Numbered from the stretch's first letter, positions 1 to 13,388 are shown. The stretch: 64,000 nucleotides of DNA from an uncultured Chloroflexia bacterium (GCA_963766685.1 CAVYBJ010000024.1:101844-165843), one strand, 5' to 3'. The notes: a model not told the origin generated them from the sequence alone. Made by a program: numbers and translations.

Positions 1-4
1 CGAC

Positions 5-403
5 ATGCCGACCATCCGCATCAGCGCCGGTCCCGTCACGGTCTTCGCGAGCCTCGGCGACTCGCCGACCGCCAGGGCCGTGCTGGCCGCGCTGCCCATC
101 ACCGGCCGAGCCTCCACGTGGGGCGACGAGATCTACTTCGGCATCCCGGTCGATGCCGACGAGGAGCCCGGCGCATCAGCCGTCGTCGAGGTCGGCGACA
201 TCGCCTACTGGCCGCCCGGGTCAGCGCTCTGTCTCTTCTTCGGCCCGACACCTGCCTCGCGCGGCAACGAGATCCGAGCCGCCAGCGCCGTCAACACGGT
301 CGGCCGGATCGAGGGCGATGCGACCGTCCTGCGCCAGGTGCGCGATGGCACGCCGGTTCGCGTCGAGCTGGTCGGCCGGGAGGACCCGCAGACGTCGGCT
401 TGA
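5..403 (+). CDS. cyclophilin-like fold protein (DUF3830/TM1367-type)
   Basis: Intact 132-aa ORF starting at the ATG at 5. Contains GDIAYWPPGSALCLFFGPTP, which resembles cyclophilin-like fold proteins. Recognition is from memory only. Confidence 0.6.
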   Translation: MPTIRISAGPVTVFASLGDSPTARAVLAALPITGRASTWGDEIYFGIPVDADEEPGASAVVEVGDIAYWPPGSALCLFFGPTPASRGNEIRAASAVNTVGRIEGDATVLRQVRDGTPVRVELVGREDPQTSA

Positions 404-457
404 CCGGGTGCTCGCAAAGCCCAGTGGGCCGGCGGCGGCAGCCGTGGGCGGCGCCGC

Positions 458-2361
458 CTACCCGGCCTGGATGAGGAGGCTGGCCACTCCGGCCGGCGGC
501 AGTTCCAACCTGTCCCCGGCGCCCTCGGTGATGACCCAGCTGGCGCCGCCGACACCGTCAGCGATGAGCATCGCCACCTCGAAGGGGCGCGCCGGGTCCG
601 CCCCGACACGAACGGTGACCTGTCGGTTCTCCGCGCCGAGGTTGGCGACGAGCACCCTTGAGGCGCCGTGACTGTCCCGCACGGCCACGGCGTGGATGGG
701 CGGTGCGCTCTCCACGGCCAGCAGCGCCATCCCGGAGAGCTCCGCCAGGGCCGCCATCACGCGGCCGACGGGCAGGATGGTCCCAGGCGCAGCGGGCATC
801 TCCGGCAGGTCCTGGTGGCTGGCCGCCACGAGGCCGCCCCAGCCGGCCGCCTCGTGCAGGGTGAGGGCCGCGACGCCGGCCGAGGCGAAGGCGGCCACGC
901 TGCCCAGGGTCCAGGCCGCGGCGAACTCGCCCACCTGGCGCGGGTCGTAGCGCCAGGGCAGGCCGCCGGGGGGCGGGGGCGGCTCCGGCCCGACGAGGTC
1001 CGGATTGAAGAGCGGCCGCAGGCTGACCGGTCCCACCACGACCGGCTTGCCGCCAGCCAGTGCGGAAGCCGTGCGCACGCCCGCGTCGAGCGCCTCGATG
1101 GTCTCCGCCATGCTGGCCTCGTCGAAGGCGTGGACCTGTGGGTTGGTGGGGAAGCAGACAGCGTCCACGAGGTCCCCGGGGACGCCACGCGACACGAGCT
1201 GGTAGAGGTAGGCCCGCGAGCCGCCCACGAACGGGGCGTCCAGGCCAGCCGAGCGCATCGCGGCACGGACGCGCTCCGCCAGCGCCGCCGTGGTCGTGTT
1301 GCCGGCCGGGTCGACCGCCATGAGCCTGGCCACGGGCGTGCCGCTCCCGGCGATGCGCGCCACGAGGCCGTCGATGGCCGGGTCGCTCGCGGAGCCGACG
1401 AGGAGCACATCCAACGCCGCGCCGGCGTCGGCGGCCGCGGCGGCGGCACGGTCGATCGCGTCGAGTGGCACCGTCGGATGCCGCGTCGATGCTCGCTCGC
1501 AGGTGCGCGAGCCCGAAGCTCGCGGACCGCGTCTGCTACGCGCGGGTCGGGGGCCAAGTCGGCCGGCGGCTGGCAGCTGCCGATGGACGGGAAGGTGGTG
1601 CCAGTGGCCGCGCCCAGCTCGACGACGGAGGCCTGAACCTGGCCACCGATGCCACCTGTCACCGCGGCGACCCGCCCAGCGGCAAGCGGGTGGCGGACCG
1701 TGACGACCTGCCGGATGACCGTGCCGGCTTCGACCTTGAAGGGGCGCGGCATCTCCAGTGGTCGGCTGAATGTCTTGTAGGACGCGTCCGTGAAGGCGCG
1801 CTGGTCCTCCGTCTCGAAGACATCGCCTTCGAAGCTGACGATGGTCTCGTGCGGGCTCCCGGCGTCATGGCGGATGGAGACCATGTTGCTGAAGGGCATG
1901 TACTGCGTGATGAGGTCCGGGAATCGGGCCTCCAGTGTCCCGAAGAGCGTCTCCACGGTGGTCGCCTGGCCAGCCAGGCGCGGCGGGTGCAGGACGCAGA
2001 GCCCGATGCGAGGCGTCATGAAGGCCGACCGGCAGAGGCCGTCGAACACGAAGCGGACCGTGCCGTCGCTGGCCCCGCTGATGGTCCCCTGCCAGGCCAC
2101 GTCGATGCCGCCGGCCTCCCGCACGCATTCCGCGCGGAAGCGGACCTCGAAGGCGTCAGCGCCGATGTCGCCCTCGTAGGTGGTGAAGACGGGCTGGATG
2201 GTGGCCCAGCTGGGGTCGCGCACGGCCGCGTAGATCCCCCGCACCGTCTCCACGCCGGCCGCCGAGATCCAGCGCACCGTGCCGTCGACGATGGTGAGGG
2301 CGGCGCCGCCCGCCGTGACGTGGACGGGCGTCTTGGGATCCAGCGTTCGATGGGTGGACAC
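458..2361 (-). pseudogene. conserved hypothetical protein, about 634 aa (one frame break near 1475-1490)
   Basis: The N-terminal part (VSTHRTLDPKTPVHVTAGG...) lies in the 757..3252 frame and the C-terminal part is ORF 458..1471. GTG start at 2361 is preceded by GGAGG (2367-2371). No family recognised. Confidence 0.55.
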
Positions 2362-2463
2362 CTTGACCTCCAAGTGGGCTACCGGTCGACCAGTCCATGA
2401 TAGCGACGACGACACGCGGCGGTTGGCACGCGCGCGCCGACTACCTGACGCTACGCTGTCGCG

Positions 2464-3950
2464 ATGGGGACTGACGCGCTGATCCTGGCCATCGACCAGG
2501 GCACCACCAACACCAAGGCCATCCTCGTCGACCGGCAGGGCGCCATCGTGAGCCAGGCAGCGCGGCCGATGGCCATCGAGTACCCGCAGCCGGGCTGGGT
2601 CCAGCAGGACGCGAGCGCGATCTGGCAGGCCGTCCGGGAGTGCGTCGACGAGTGCCTGACGGCTGCGGGCTCCCCTGCCCTGGCGGCCATCGGCATCTCC
2701 AACCAGCGTGAGACCGGCGTCGCCTGGGAGCGCGCCAGCGGCGCACCCATCGGCCCGGCGGTCACCTGGCAGTGCCGCCGCTCGGCAGAGCTCTGCGAGC
2801 GATTGCGCGCGGAGGGGCGGGCGCCGGAGATCACCGCCCGGACGGGCCTGCCCGTCGATCCCATGTTCACGGCCGGCAAGCTGCGCTGGCTGCTGGATGC
2901 GGCGCCGGACGGTCAGGCGCGGGCTGCCGCGGGCGAGCTCTGCGTCGGCACGGTGGACAGCTGGCTGCTGTGGAACCTCACGGGCGGCGCCAGGCATGGC
3001 ACGGACGTCAGCAACGCCTCGCGGACGCAGCTCATGGACATCGGCGCCGGCGCCTGGGACACCGGCCTGTGCGAGGCCTTCGGCGTGCCGCTGGCGGCCC
3101 TGCCGCGAGATCCTGCCCTCGCGCGCTGTCTTCGGCGAGTCCGTGGCCATCGGGGTGCTGCCGGCCGGTGTGCCCATCGGCGCGCTGGTCGGCGATTCGC
3201 ACGCGGCGCTCTTCGGCCAGGCCGGCTTCGAGCCCGGCTGCGTGAAGGCCACCTACGGCACGGGCAGCTCGCTGATGATGCCCACGCCGAGCGCGCCTGG
3301 AGGCGGCCGGCGGCCTTGCCTCGACCATCGCCTGGGGCCTCGATTCGATCGTCTACGCCCTCGAGGGCAACATCTACGTGACAGGGGCGGCCGTTCAGTG
3401 GGTGGCCGACTTCGCCGGCCTGGCCGGTCCTGGCGCCGTGGCCGAGCTGGCCGCCGGGTGCGAGACGACCGAGGGCGTCTATCTTGTGCCGGCCTTCGTG
3501 GGCCTGGGCGCGCCGCACTGGGACGACGCCGCGCGCGGGTTGGTGAGCGGCCTGACCCGGGGCTCCAGCCTGGCGCAGCTGTCGCGTGCGGCCGTCGAGT
3601 CGATCGCCTACCAGGTGCGCGACGTGTTCGACGTCATGCAGTCGGCCAGCGGCGGAGCCCTGCGGGTCCTGCTGGCCGATGGCGGCGTCACCCGCAACGC
3701 GCAACTCATGCAGTTCCAGGCGGACATCCTGGGCGTGCCCGTGCAGCGCAACAACACGCCGGAGCTCTCCGCCATGGGCGCCGCCTACCTGGCCGGCCTG
3801 GCCACCGGCGTGTGGTCCTCTACCGACGAGATCGCCGCCTTGCCGCGCTCCGTGGACCGCTTCGAGCCGCAGCTCCCGACCGCCGGGCGCGAGCGACTCT
3901 ACGGTGGCTGGCAGGAAGCACTCGCCCGAGCCACGCTGCGGCCGACCTGA
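2464..3950 (+). pseudogene. FGGY-family carbohydrate kinase, glycerol-kinase-like (frame breaks near 3105 and 3295)
   Basis: Three ORF pieces (2464.., 2708.. frame, 3378..3950) join into a 495-aa GlpK-like protein. Motifs: AIDQGTTNTKAIL, ISNQRETGVAWE, ATYGTGSS, ADGGVTRNAQLMQFQADILG, SAMGAAYLAGLA. Confidence 0.85.
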
Positions 3951-3972
3951 AGCTCTCGCGAGGACGCGCCCG

Positions 3973-5428
3973 TCAGCCCGCGACCAACTCATCCAGACCG
4001 ACGAGCCGGATGCTCGTGTCTCGCGCTGCGGCCAGGCGCAACCCGTCCGTGAACCCCGACCGACTCACGAGCATGACCTGGGGTCGCGCATCGACCGTGG
4101 TCACCCTGCGGAGGGCGGGCAGCTTGAAGCGCTCGAACTCGCCCAGCACGCTGACGTCCATGGGCTTGCTGCGCCAGCGGACCTCGCCGATCATGACGAC
4201 ACGGCCCCGAGCCGTGCCGACGACGTCGATCTCCTCGTTGGTTCGCTCGCCAGACGCACGGTGCTCATCGAGTGCCGGACCCCACCGCGAACCGACACGG
4301 GTCACCCCGGCGAACCCCGTCCTGCGGACCCATCCTCGCGCGACCTCCTCGATGGTCGGCGCCAGGTGATCGGCCAACCGAGGGAGGACCTCGGCGCCCA
4401 GCACAGCTTCCGGTGACAGGCCCGCTTCGAGATCGGCCTGGAACGGGAAGACGAAGCGGAACCAGAAGCGCAGGAAACCATCATCGATCTCGTCTCGGCG
4501 ATGGCGGCTGGAGCGGTCGGCGTAATGATCGGCATGCGAGCCTTGACGGGCCCGAGGTCTTCCAGCGTCCGGAGGTAACGTGCCAGGCGGGTTCGACGTC
4601 CACACCGGAGCGCGAGACGAGATCCCCCAGGGCCGAGGCCCGGACGAGAGCGCGGCGAGGATCGAGAAGTACGTGTGCGGCACCTCGAGCTCCTGGGCGA
4701 GGATGGTCTGGTTCGTCGAACAAGGGGCCGCGCGGGTCAAGACAGGCCGCCGCAAGGCGAGCCACGGGATCCTCCGGGGCCCGACACCACGTCGAGATAC
4801 CGGGGCAGGCCGCCGCGATGGCGTAGGCCGTCAGGCACTTGCGCCGGGGAGCGCGCTCCAGCAGTGCCTGGCTGGCGATAGGTGAGAGGCCGTGCCGGGA
4901 GCGGACGCAACCGATCGATGGAGGGGCTCCCGCTCGGCGAGCAGCCTCTGCATCATGCCGACGTGGCTGCCGGCGATGATGAGCTTGAGCTCGACGAGGC
5001 CGCTTCCTCCTCGATGACCTTGAAGATGACCGACGGCAGGACCCGGTCCGCGGTCCAGAGGAAGGGAAACTCATCGATGACGGCGAGGCGCAGGCAGTCG
5101 CGCGCACGGCGATACGACAGACGGCGGAACGCTTCGACGTCCGGCAACGCCAGCCGCTCCCCGTCTGGACATCGCCGCTCGGCGAACCCGATGAGTTGTC
5201 CACGTGCCCGCGGTGCTCGCTACGAAGATGTCGGCCTCCCGCCCGTGAGCGAACGCGCGAAACAGCCAGGAGTTGCCCACGACGTCGGCGACCGACCAGC
5301 ATCATGACGCGCCATTCGGAGTCATCCTCGAACCAGTCGGTGAGCGCCGCACGCTCCTCGGCCCGGTCGCGGAAGGCGCGGATGCTGGGGAACACATACG
5401 GCTCACTCACGGAGTCAGAATCTGACAT
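3973..5428 (-). pseudogene. AAA-type ATPase with C-terminal DUF234 domain (at least 5 frame breaks)
   Basis: The fragments PYVFPSIRAFRDRAEERAAL, GNSWLFRAFAHGREADIFVAS, LAVIDEFPFLW, LKLIIAGSHVGMMQRLL and FLRFWFRFVFPF are spread over three minus-strand frames. The intact C-terminal piece is ORF 3973..4755. Confidence 0.7.
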
Positions 5429-5626
5429 GAACCCAAGTATGCTACTGCCGCTCATGTTGGTCTTCGCCTTTGCTCTTCGCGGTCTGCTTGACGCCGGCCT
5501 CTGGGGCCGCTATCCTTGTAATGTCCATGCGATACTGAATAGACATGCGGAGCCAGGGTGCGACGGAGACCTCCAAAGGAGGACGGCGCTACTCGGCGCC
5601 ACCTGGAGAGGAGACAGCGCAGCAGG

Positions 5627-6540
5627 ATGCAAGGGGTCGGCCACGCGACAGGCCCTTGAGCTGCGAAGTCGCGCCACGGAGGCCCGCCTGCGCGACCTGC
5701 GCATGGTCAACGGGGCCGGGCTGGGCCACATCGGGGGCGAGTTCTCCGCCCTGGACATCCTCACCGTGCTGTACCACGCGGTCCTGCGCATCGACCCGCA
5801 GCGTCCGGACTGGCCGGAGCGCGACCGCTTCATCCTCAGCAAGGGCCACGCCGCAGCCGCGCTCTACGCCACGCTCGCGGGCGCCGGCTTCATCGACGTG
5901 GCGGAGCTGGACACCTGGCTGGCCCCGCTCTCCCGACTCAACGGTCACCCGGACCGCAAGAAGGTGCCGGGCGTGGAGACGAACACCGGCCCCCTGGGCC
6001 ACGGCTTCCCGGTGGCCGTCGGCACGGCCCTGGCCGGCCAGATGGACGGTTCGAGTCGACGCACCTTCGTGCTCTGCGGCGACGGCGAGCTGCAGGAGGG
6101 CTCCATGTGGGAGGCAGCCATGGCCGGCGCGCACTTCGGCCTGGAGCGACTCTGCCTCATCGTCGATCGCAACGGGCTGCAGCAGGGTGACACCACGGAG
6201 CGCACGATGCGCCTCGATCCCCTCGCGGACCGCTTCACGGCCTTCGGCTGGGCGGTTCGGGAGGTGGACGGCCACGACCACGCGGCGCTGCTGGAGGCCT
6301 TCACCGCCCTGCCCGTCGAGGCCGGCAAGCCCAGCTGCCTGATCGCACACACCCACAAGGGACACGGCATCTCCTTCGCCACCGACCAGGTCGCGTGGCA
6401 CCACCACGTGCCCACGCGCGGACGAGTACGAGCGCGCCCGGGCGGAGCTGGAGGCCCAGCTCGGATGCCGAGGCGCAGCTCGCGACGCTGGACGCCCAGC
6501 CGTCCGCGGCAGCGACCGGGCCCAGGCGGTGTCGGCATGA
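5627..6540 (+). pseudogene. transketolase, N-terminal (TPP-binding) subunit
   Basis: Motifs GHIGGEFSALDILTVLY, SKGHAAAALYA, GPLGHGFPVAVG and GDGELQEGSMWEA in the 5196..7217 frame. The start is uncertain: ATG 5627 is in another frame, so a shift near 5640 is needed. After a C-terminal shift the TGA overlaps the next ATG (ATGA at 6537-6540). Confidence 0.75.
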
Positions 6541-7519
6541 CCATGTTCGAGGGCGCGCCGCGCCACGACTGCCGCGATGCCTTCGTGGACGCGCTGCTCG
6601 ACCTTGCCCGCGACGACCCCCGTGTGGTGGCCGTCGTCAACGATTCGCTCGGCTCCACGAAGGTCACCAAGGTCGCCAAGGCCTTCCCGGAGCGCGTCAT
6701 CAACGTCGGCATCGCCGAGCAGGACCTGGTCGGCGTCGGTGCCGGCCTGGCCAACGGCGGCAAGATCCCCTTCGTCTGTGCCGCCTCGCCCTTCCTGACG
6801 GGCCGGGCCCTCGAACAGATCAAGGTCGACGCCGCCTACAGCGGCGCCAACGTCAAGCTCGTGGGCGTCAGCAGCGGCGTGGCCTACGGGGAACTGGGGC
6901 CGACCCACCACTCCATCGAGGACGTGGCCTGGACGCGTGCCATCGACGGCCTGGTCGTCATCGTGCCGGCCGACCCGCTCGAGACGAGCCAGGCCATCCG
7001 GGCCGCCCATGCGCTATCAGGGCCCGGTCTTCGTGCGCACCAGCCGCATGCCCGTGCCGGACGTCCACCCGGCCGACTACGAGTTCCGCATCGGCCGGGC
7101 CGCCCTGCTGCGCGAGGGTGGCGACGTGACCCTCATCGCCAACGGCGTCATGGTCAGCCGTGCGCTGGAGGCGGCCAGCGCTGCTGGCCGCGGAGGGCAT
7201 CGAGGCGCGCGTCCTGAACATGGCCACGGTCAGCCCCATCGACCGCGAGGCCATCGCGGCGGCCGCGCGCGAGACCCGCGGCATCGTGACGGCAGAGGAG
7301 CACATCGTCCGCGGCGGCCTCGGCGGGGCGGTGGCGGAGGTCGTCGTCACGGAGCACCCCGTGCCCATGCGCCTGCTGGGCTTCCCCGGCTTCGCCCCGA
7401 CCGGCTCCATCGACTTCCTGCTCGAGTGGGCCGGCCTGACCGTCGATGGCATCGCCCGCGCCGCGCGCGAGATGCTGGAGCGCCTGACGTGGCCCGCATC
7501 GACGAGCTCCGCCTCATGA
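6537..7519 (+). pseudogene. transketolase, C-terminal (pyrimidine-binding) subunit (breaks near 7010 and 7180)
   Basis: Sequence MTMFEGAPRHDCRDAF..INVGIAEQDLVGVGAGLA..GPTHHSIEDVAW..PVFVRTSR..EEHIVRGGLG, spread across three frames. Confidence 0.85.
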
Positions 7520-8543
7520 CCCGCGTGGCTCGGCTCTACTACGACGACGGCGTCCGCCAGCCGGAGATCGCGCGGCGGCTGCGGCTCTCGCAGCCCAAGG
7601 TCTCGCGACTGCTCAAGCAGGCCCACGAGGAGGGCATCGTGCGCATCTCGGTGCGCGCCGCCGAGCGGCACCAACCCGGAGCTCGAGCGGGCCCTGGAGC
7701 GCGCTACGGCCTGCACCAGGTGGAGGTCGTGGACGTCTCCCGCGACGACGACGAGGCCGCATCGTCCGCGAGCTCGGCGCCGCCGCCGCCTACCACCTGG
7801 AGACGACGGTGCGCAGCGGGGACGTCATCGGCGTCTCGTCCTGGAGCGCCACGCTGCTGGCCATGGTGGACGCCATGCACCCGGTGGCCGGCGTGAGGGG
7901 CACGCAGGTGGTCCAGATCCTGGGCGGCGGCGGTGACCCGGCGGCCGAAGGCCATGCCACCCACCTCGTGCGTCGCATGGCGCACCTGCTCCACGGCGAG
8001 GGCACCTTCCTGCCCGCGCCCAGCAGCGTCGGCTCGCAAGGCGTCGCGGGACGTGCTCCTGGAGGATCCCTTCGTGCGGCGCGCCATGGCGCTCTTCGAC
8101 GACCTCGACGTGGCCCTCGTGGGCATCGGCGGCCAGGAGCCCTCCGGCCTCCTCGCCAGCAGCGGCAACGTCTTCTCGCGCGAGGAGCTGCAGACCGTTC
8201 GCGCCGCCGGCGGCATCGGCGACATCGGCCTGCGCTTCCTGCGCGCGGACGGCGGACCGGTGCGCTCATCCCTGGACGAGCGCGTCATCGGCATCGAGCT
8301 CGCGCAGCTCAAGCGCGTGCCGCGCGCCATCGGCGTGGCCGGCGGGCCCGGCAAGACGACGGCCATCCGGGCGGCCCTGCTGGGTGGCTGGATCAACTGC
8401 CTCATCACGGACCGGTTCACCGGCGAGCGCCTGCTCGAGCTGAGCCCCCAGGCCGCCTCGTCCGCCCGGCTGACCGGCGCGGACAGCCAGTCCAGCCAGT
8501 CGCAAGGAGCGTCACCAACTCGCAGGAGCGGATCGTGGCATGA
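7489..8543 (+). pseudogene. SorC-family sugar-binding transcriptional regulator (at least 4-5 frame breaks)
   Basis: N-terminal HTH VARIDELRLMTRVARLYYDDGVRQPEIARRLRLSQPKVSRLLKQA. The sugar-binding domain pieces VIGVSSWSATLLAMV, VQILGG, DVALVGIG and GVAGGPGKTTAIRAALLGG lie in alternating frames. The inferred stop overlaps the next ATG (8540-8543). Confidence 0.8.
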
Positions 8544-9234
8544 AGCGCAAGTTCAGTCCCGGTGTGGCCGTCGCCATCGGCGCCGTGGCCGTCTTCGTGG
8601 TCCTCGCCGTGCTCTTCGGCTTCACGGCCGTCTCCACCGAGAAGCAAGCCAGCCTCAACGTCCAGTTCGACCCGGTGACCTTCGTGGCCGAGTCCTGGGA
8701 CGAGGTCCAGACCGTCATCACGGACGAGGCCGTGCCCCTGGCCGACGTGCTCAACCGCATCACGCCCGATGCCAACGGCAAGGCCACGACCGAAGCCCTG
8801 ATCCCGGTGGCCGAGGAGCTGGGGCGCATCACGACCGGCAATGCCCACGTCTACCGCGTCAACGCCACGGGCACCGTGACCGACGTGGACACCGAGACCA
8901 GCAAGGGCACCCTGGGCCTGACCGTGGACGGCTACGACGGGCCCATCAAGGTGCGCGTCTACGTGGGCTCGCGCATCCCCAGCGACGAGTCGTCCATCCG
9001 CGACGCCACCGGCTTCATCGAGTTCGGCGACTTCCGCGAGCAGACCGAGTACGGCAAGGTCGCCGCGGAGATCAACAAGCAGGTCGTCGAGAACCTCGAG
9101 GCGCGTCGGACGTCGAGTCGCTGGTGGGCAAGCCCGTCTCCGTCACCGGCGCCTTCACGCTGCGCACCCAGAACCAGCCGTCGGTCGACGTCAGCCAGGT
9201 GTCCATCGTGCCCATCGAGATCGCGGCCCAATGA
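8540..9234 (+). pseudogene. DUF2291-family lipoprotein associated with sugar ABC transporters (one break near 9095)
   Basis: ATG at 8540 followed by a signal/TM segment (VAVAIGAVAVFVVLAVLFG). The tail VSVTGAFTLRTQNQ..IEIAAQ is in the 7933..9234 frame. Its position between a SorC regulator and CUT2 ABC genes is typical for this family. Confidence 0.65.
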
Positions 9235-10847
9235 CGGCGGCCGTGGAGACCCCGCCCCTCGCCGAGGCGCCGGCGGCCGCCGACGTGCCCATGCGCGCCG
9301 AGCACGTCACGAAGGTCTTCCCGGGCACGACGGCCCTCGACGACGTCACCTTCGACGTCCACGCCGGGCAGGTCAACGTGCTCGTGGGCGAGAACGGCGC
9401 CGGCAAGTCGACGCTCATGAAGATCCTGGCGGGCGTGGAGCAGCCGACCTCCGGCCGCGTGCTGATGGACGGCCAGCCGGTGGAGCTGCCCAGCGTCACC
9501 GCGGCCGCCAAGCACGGCGTGGGCATCATCTTCCAGGAGCTCAACCTCTGCGCCAACCTGTCGGTCCTGGACAACCTCTTCCTGGCCCAGGAGCTCGTGC
9601 GCGGCGGCGCCATCGACCGCAAGGCCGAGCGCCAGAAGGCCCGGGAGCTGCTGGCGCGCCTGGAGCAGGACATCGACCCGGACGAGCTGGTCAGCAACCT
9701 GCGCATCGGCCAGCAGCAGATCGTCGAGATCGCCAAGGCGCTCACCCACGACGTGCGTGTCCTCATCATGGACGAGCCCACCTCGGCCCTCTCGCAGGCG
9801 GAGGTGCAGGGGCTCTTCCGCATCATCCGCGACCTCAAGTCGCGAGGCGTGTCGATCGTCTACATCTCGCACAAGCTCGAGGAGCTGCTCCAGGTCGGCG
9901 ACCGCATCACGGTCCTGCGCGACGGGCGCATCGTGGCCCACGCGGAGGCCGCCGACGTCGACGTGCCCTGGATCATCGAGCAGATGGTGGGCCGCTCCGC
10001 GGCCTCGCTCTTCACGCGCACCGAGCGACCAGCCGGGCGAGACCCTGCTGCGCGTCGTAGGACGTGACCCTGCCGCGCCTGGGCGGCGGCTTCCTGCTCG
10101 ACCACGTCTCGCTGCGAGCTGCACGCGGGCGAGATCCTGGGGCTCTACGGCCTCATGGGCGCCGGCCGCACGGAGCTCATGGAGGTGCTGGCGGGCGTCC
10201 GCCCGGAGGCCAGCGGCGAGGTCTGGCTGGGCGAGCGTCGCCTGGACGACGCCAGCGTCGCCGACCGCATCGAGGCCGGCATCGTGCTCGTGCCGGAGGA
10301 CCGCAAGACGGACGGCCTGGTGCCCACGCTCTCGGTGGCCCACAACATGGTGCTGGCCAGCCTGCGGCGCTACCTCAACCGCTTCTTCCTGTCGCGCAGC
10401 CAGGAGCGCACGGCGGTCGACGCAGATGATCGACGACCTCTCGGTCCGGGTCGCCAGCCCCGAGCGCCAACATCGGCTCGCTGTCCGGCGGCAACCAGCA
10501 GAAGGTCGTGGTGGCCAAGGGCCTCCTGACCGCCCCCAGGGTGCTGCTGCTCGACGAGCCGACGCGGGGCATCGACGTGGGCGCCAAGTCGGAGATCTTC
10601 CAGATCATGAACCGCCTCGCCGGCGAGGGCTACGCGATCCTCTTCGTCTCCTCGGAGCTCAAGGAGGTGATGGCCATGGCCGATCGCATCCTGGTGCTCT
10701 CGAAGGGCACCGTGGTGGCCGAGTTCGAGGGTGACCGGGCGACCGAGAAGGAGCTCGTGGATGCATCGGCCGTGGGGCACGGACCGGCTGGACCGTGGAC
10801 CCCGCCACCGACAGCAGGGAGCAGCGACGACCGAGGTGAACCAGTGA
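9231..10847 (+). pseudogene. sugar ABC transporter ATP-binding protein, two nucleotide-binding domains (about 6 frame breaks)
   Basis: First domain: [38 protein letters not shown]. Second domain: GLMGAGRTEL, LSGGNQQKVVVAKGL, LLLDEPTRGID. The start overlaps the upstream stop, and the inferred TGA (10845-10847) overlaps the permease GTG. Confidence 0.85.
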
Positions 10848-11961
10848 CAGCCAGCGCCCAGACCACCAGGACCCGCGGCATGACCCGGACCGAGGCGGCC
10901 CAGTTCCTGCTGCGGGGCCGTGCCCTCATCGCCCTCATCGTCCTGGTCGTCTTCTTCACGCTCGTCGAGAGCGCCTTCCTGACCGGCGCCAACATCGAGA
11001 TCCTCATCAAGCAGACGGCCCTCAACGCGATCCTCGCCATCGGCATGACCTTCGTCATCCTGACCGGCGGCATCGACCTCTCCGTGGGCTCGATCGTGGG
11101 CCTCACCGCGCATCATCGCGGGGCTGCTCATCAACCAGGGCCTGGAGATCGGCGTCCTGGGCGTCGTCATCTACCCGCACACCTGGATGGTGATCGTCAT
11201 CGCCCTGGCGGCGGCCACGCTCATGGGCGCCATCAACGGCTTCATCATCACCCGCTTCAACGTGGCGCCCTTCATCGCCACGCTGGGCATGCTGCTCGTG
11301 GCCCGCGGGCTGGCCGGGCTGCTCAACGGCGGCAAGACCTTCCCCAACCTGGTGGGCAAGGAGGAGCTGGGCAACACCGGCTTCCGCGAGCTGGGCACCG
11401 GCAAGCTCGCTGGGCATCGTGCCCTGGGCCATCGTCATCATGGTCATCTTCGCCGTGGTCGCCTGGTTCGTCACCACCCGGACGCCCTTCGGGCGGGCCG
11501 TCTACGCGGTGGGCGGCAACGAGCGCTCCGCGGAGCTCTCCGGCGTGCGCGTCAAGCGCACCAAGATGATCGTCTACATGATCAGCGCCTTCTGCGCCGG
11601 GACGGTGGGCCTCATCATCGCCTCGCAGCTGGTGGCCGCCCACCCCGCCACCGGCCAGTACTTCGAGCTCTACGCCATCGCGGCCGTGGTCCTGGGCGGC
11701 ACCTCGCTGTCCGGCGGCCGCGGCACCATCGTGGGCACGGTCATCGGCGCCTTCGTCATCGGCGTCCTGACCGTACGGGCCTCGACCCTGATGGGCGTCT
11801 CCTCCTTCCTGGAGCTGATCATCACGGGCATCGTCATCGTGCTGGCGCTCATCATCGACCAGCTCCAGCAACGCGCCGACCGGCGGCTGGCCCTGCAGCA
11901 GCAGGCCGCCCAGGTCGGCGCCACCGGCGACTCTTCCACCTCGACATCCCGCGGCAGCTGA
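10844..11961 (+). pseudogene. sugar ABC transporter permease (RbsC/AraH family; breaks near 11108 and 11410)
   Basis: Hydrophobic protein carrying TGGIDLSVGSIVGL, AVGGNERSAELSGVRV and VVLGGTSLSGGRGTIVGT, spread across three frames. Confidence 0.85.
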
Positions 11962-13062
<1,101 letters not shown>

Positions 13063-13235
13063 GCAGCCGAGCCTCGAACGATGGAGGGCGGAGGCCAGCG
13101 GCCGGCAACCCGGTAGCTGACTCGACACGCCGCGCACGGGCCGCGTGCGCCGACCCGACAGGGTCGGCCGCGCGGCCTTCGCGTGTCCCCGAGCCCCGCC
13201 TCGATCGGGTCCGCTGCCGCGCGCCGGTGATGCGC

Positions 13236-13311
13236 TGGTAGGGGAGCCTGGATTCGAACCAGGAACCAGTCGGATATAAGCCGACCGCTCTGACCGTTGA
13301 GCTACTCCCCC
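13236..13311 (-). tRNA. tRNA-Ile, anticodon TAT (UAU), encoded CCA
   Basis: Hand-folded 76-nt cloverleaf. Acceptor GGGGGAG/CTCCCCT with G1:U72. D arm GCTC-AACGGTCA-GAGC. Anticodon arm GTCGG-CTTATAT-CCGAC. T arm CCTGG-TTCGAAT-CCAGG. Discriminator A73, then CCA. Confidence 0.8.
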
Positions 13312-13388
13312 GCCGGGAGCGGCCATCGCCGTGCGGCGATGCTAGCACTCGCCGTGCCCTCAGCCGGGCCCGGGACCGGACTCGAACG

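Noticed and set aside
757-3252. Very long ORFs antisense to or overlapping recognised genes (757..3252, 5589..7010, 15123..17555 upstream part, 21161..23962, 47978..49972, 53368..55236, 54864..56585, 56353..57501, 57330..58460 and many more)
   Set aside because: Their translations are Arg/Pro/Ala/Gly-rich low-complexity strings, typical of stop-poor alternative frames in very GC-rich DNA. In each case the opposite strand or another frame carries a clearly recognisable conserved protein.
10508-11569. Apparent in-frame fusion of the ABC ATPase C-terminus with the permease
   Set aside because: A neighbouring frame ends in TGA overlapping a GTG (10844-10847). This is the same coupling pattern seen at many other junctions here, and the fusion is most simply explained by one more indel near 10790.
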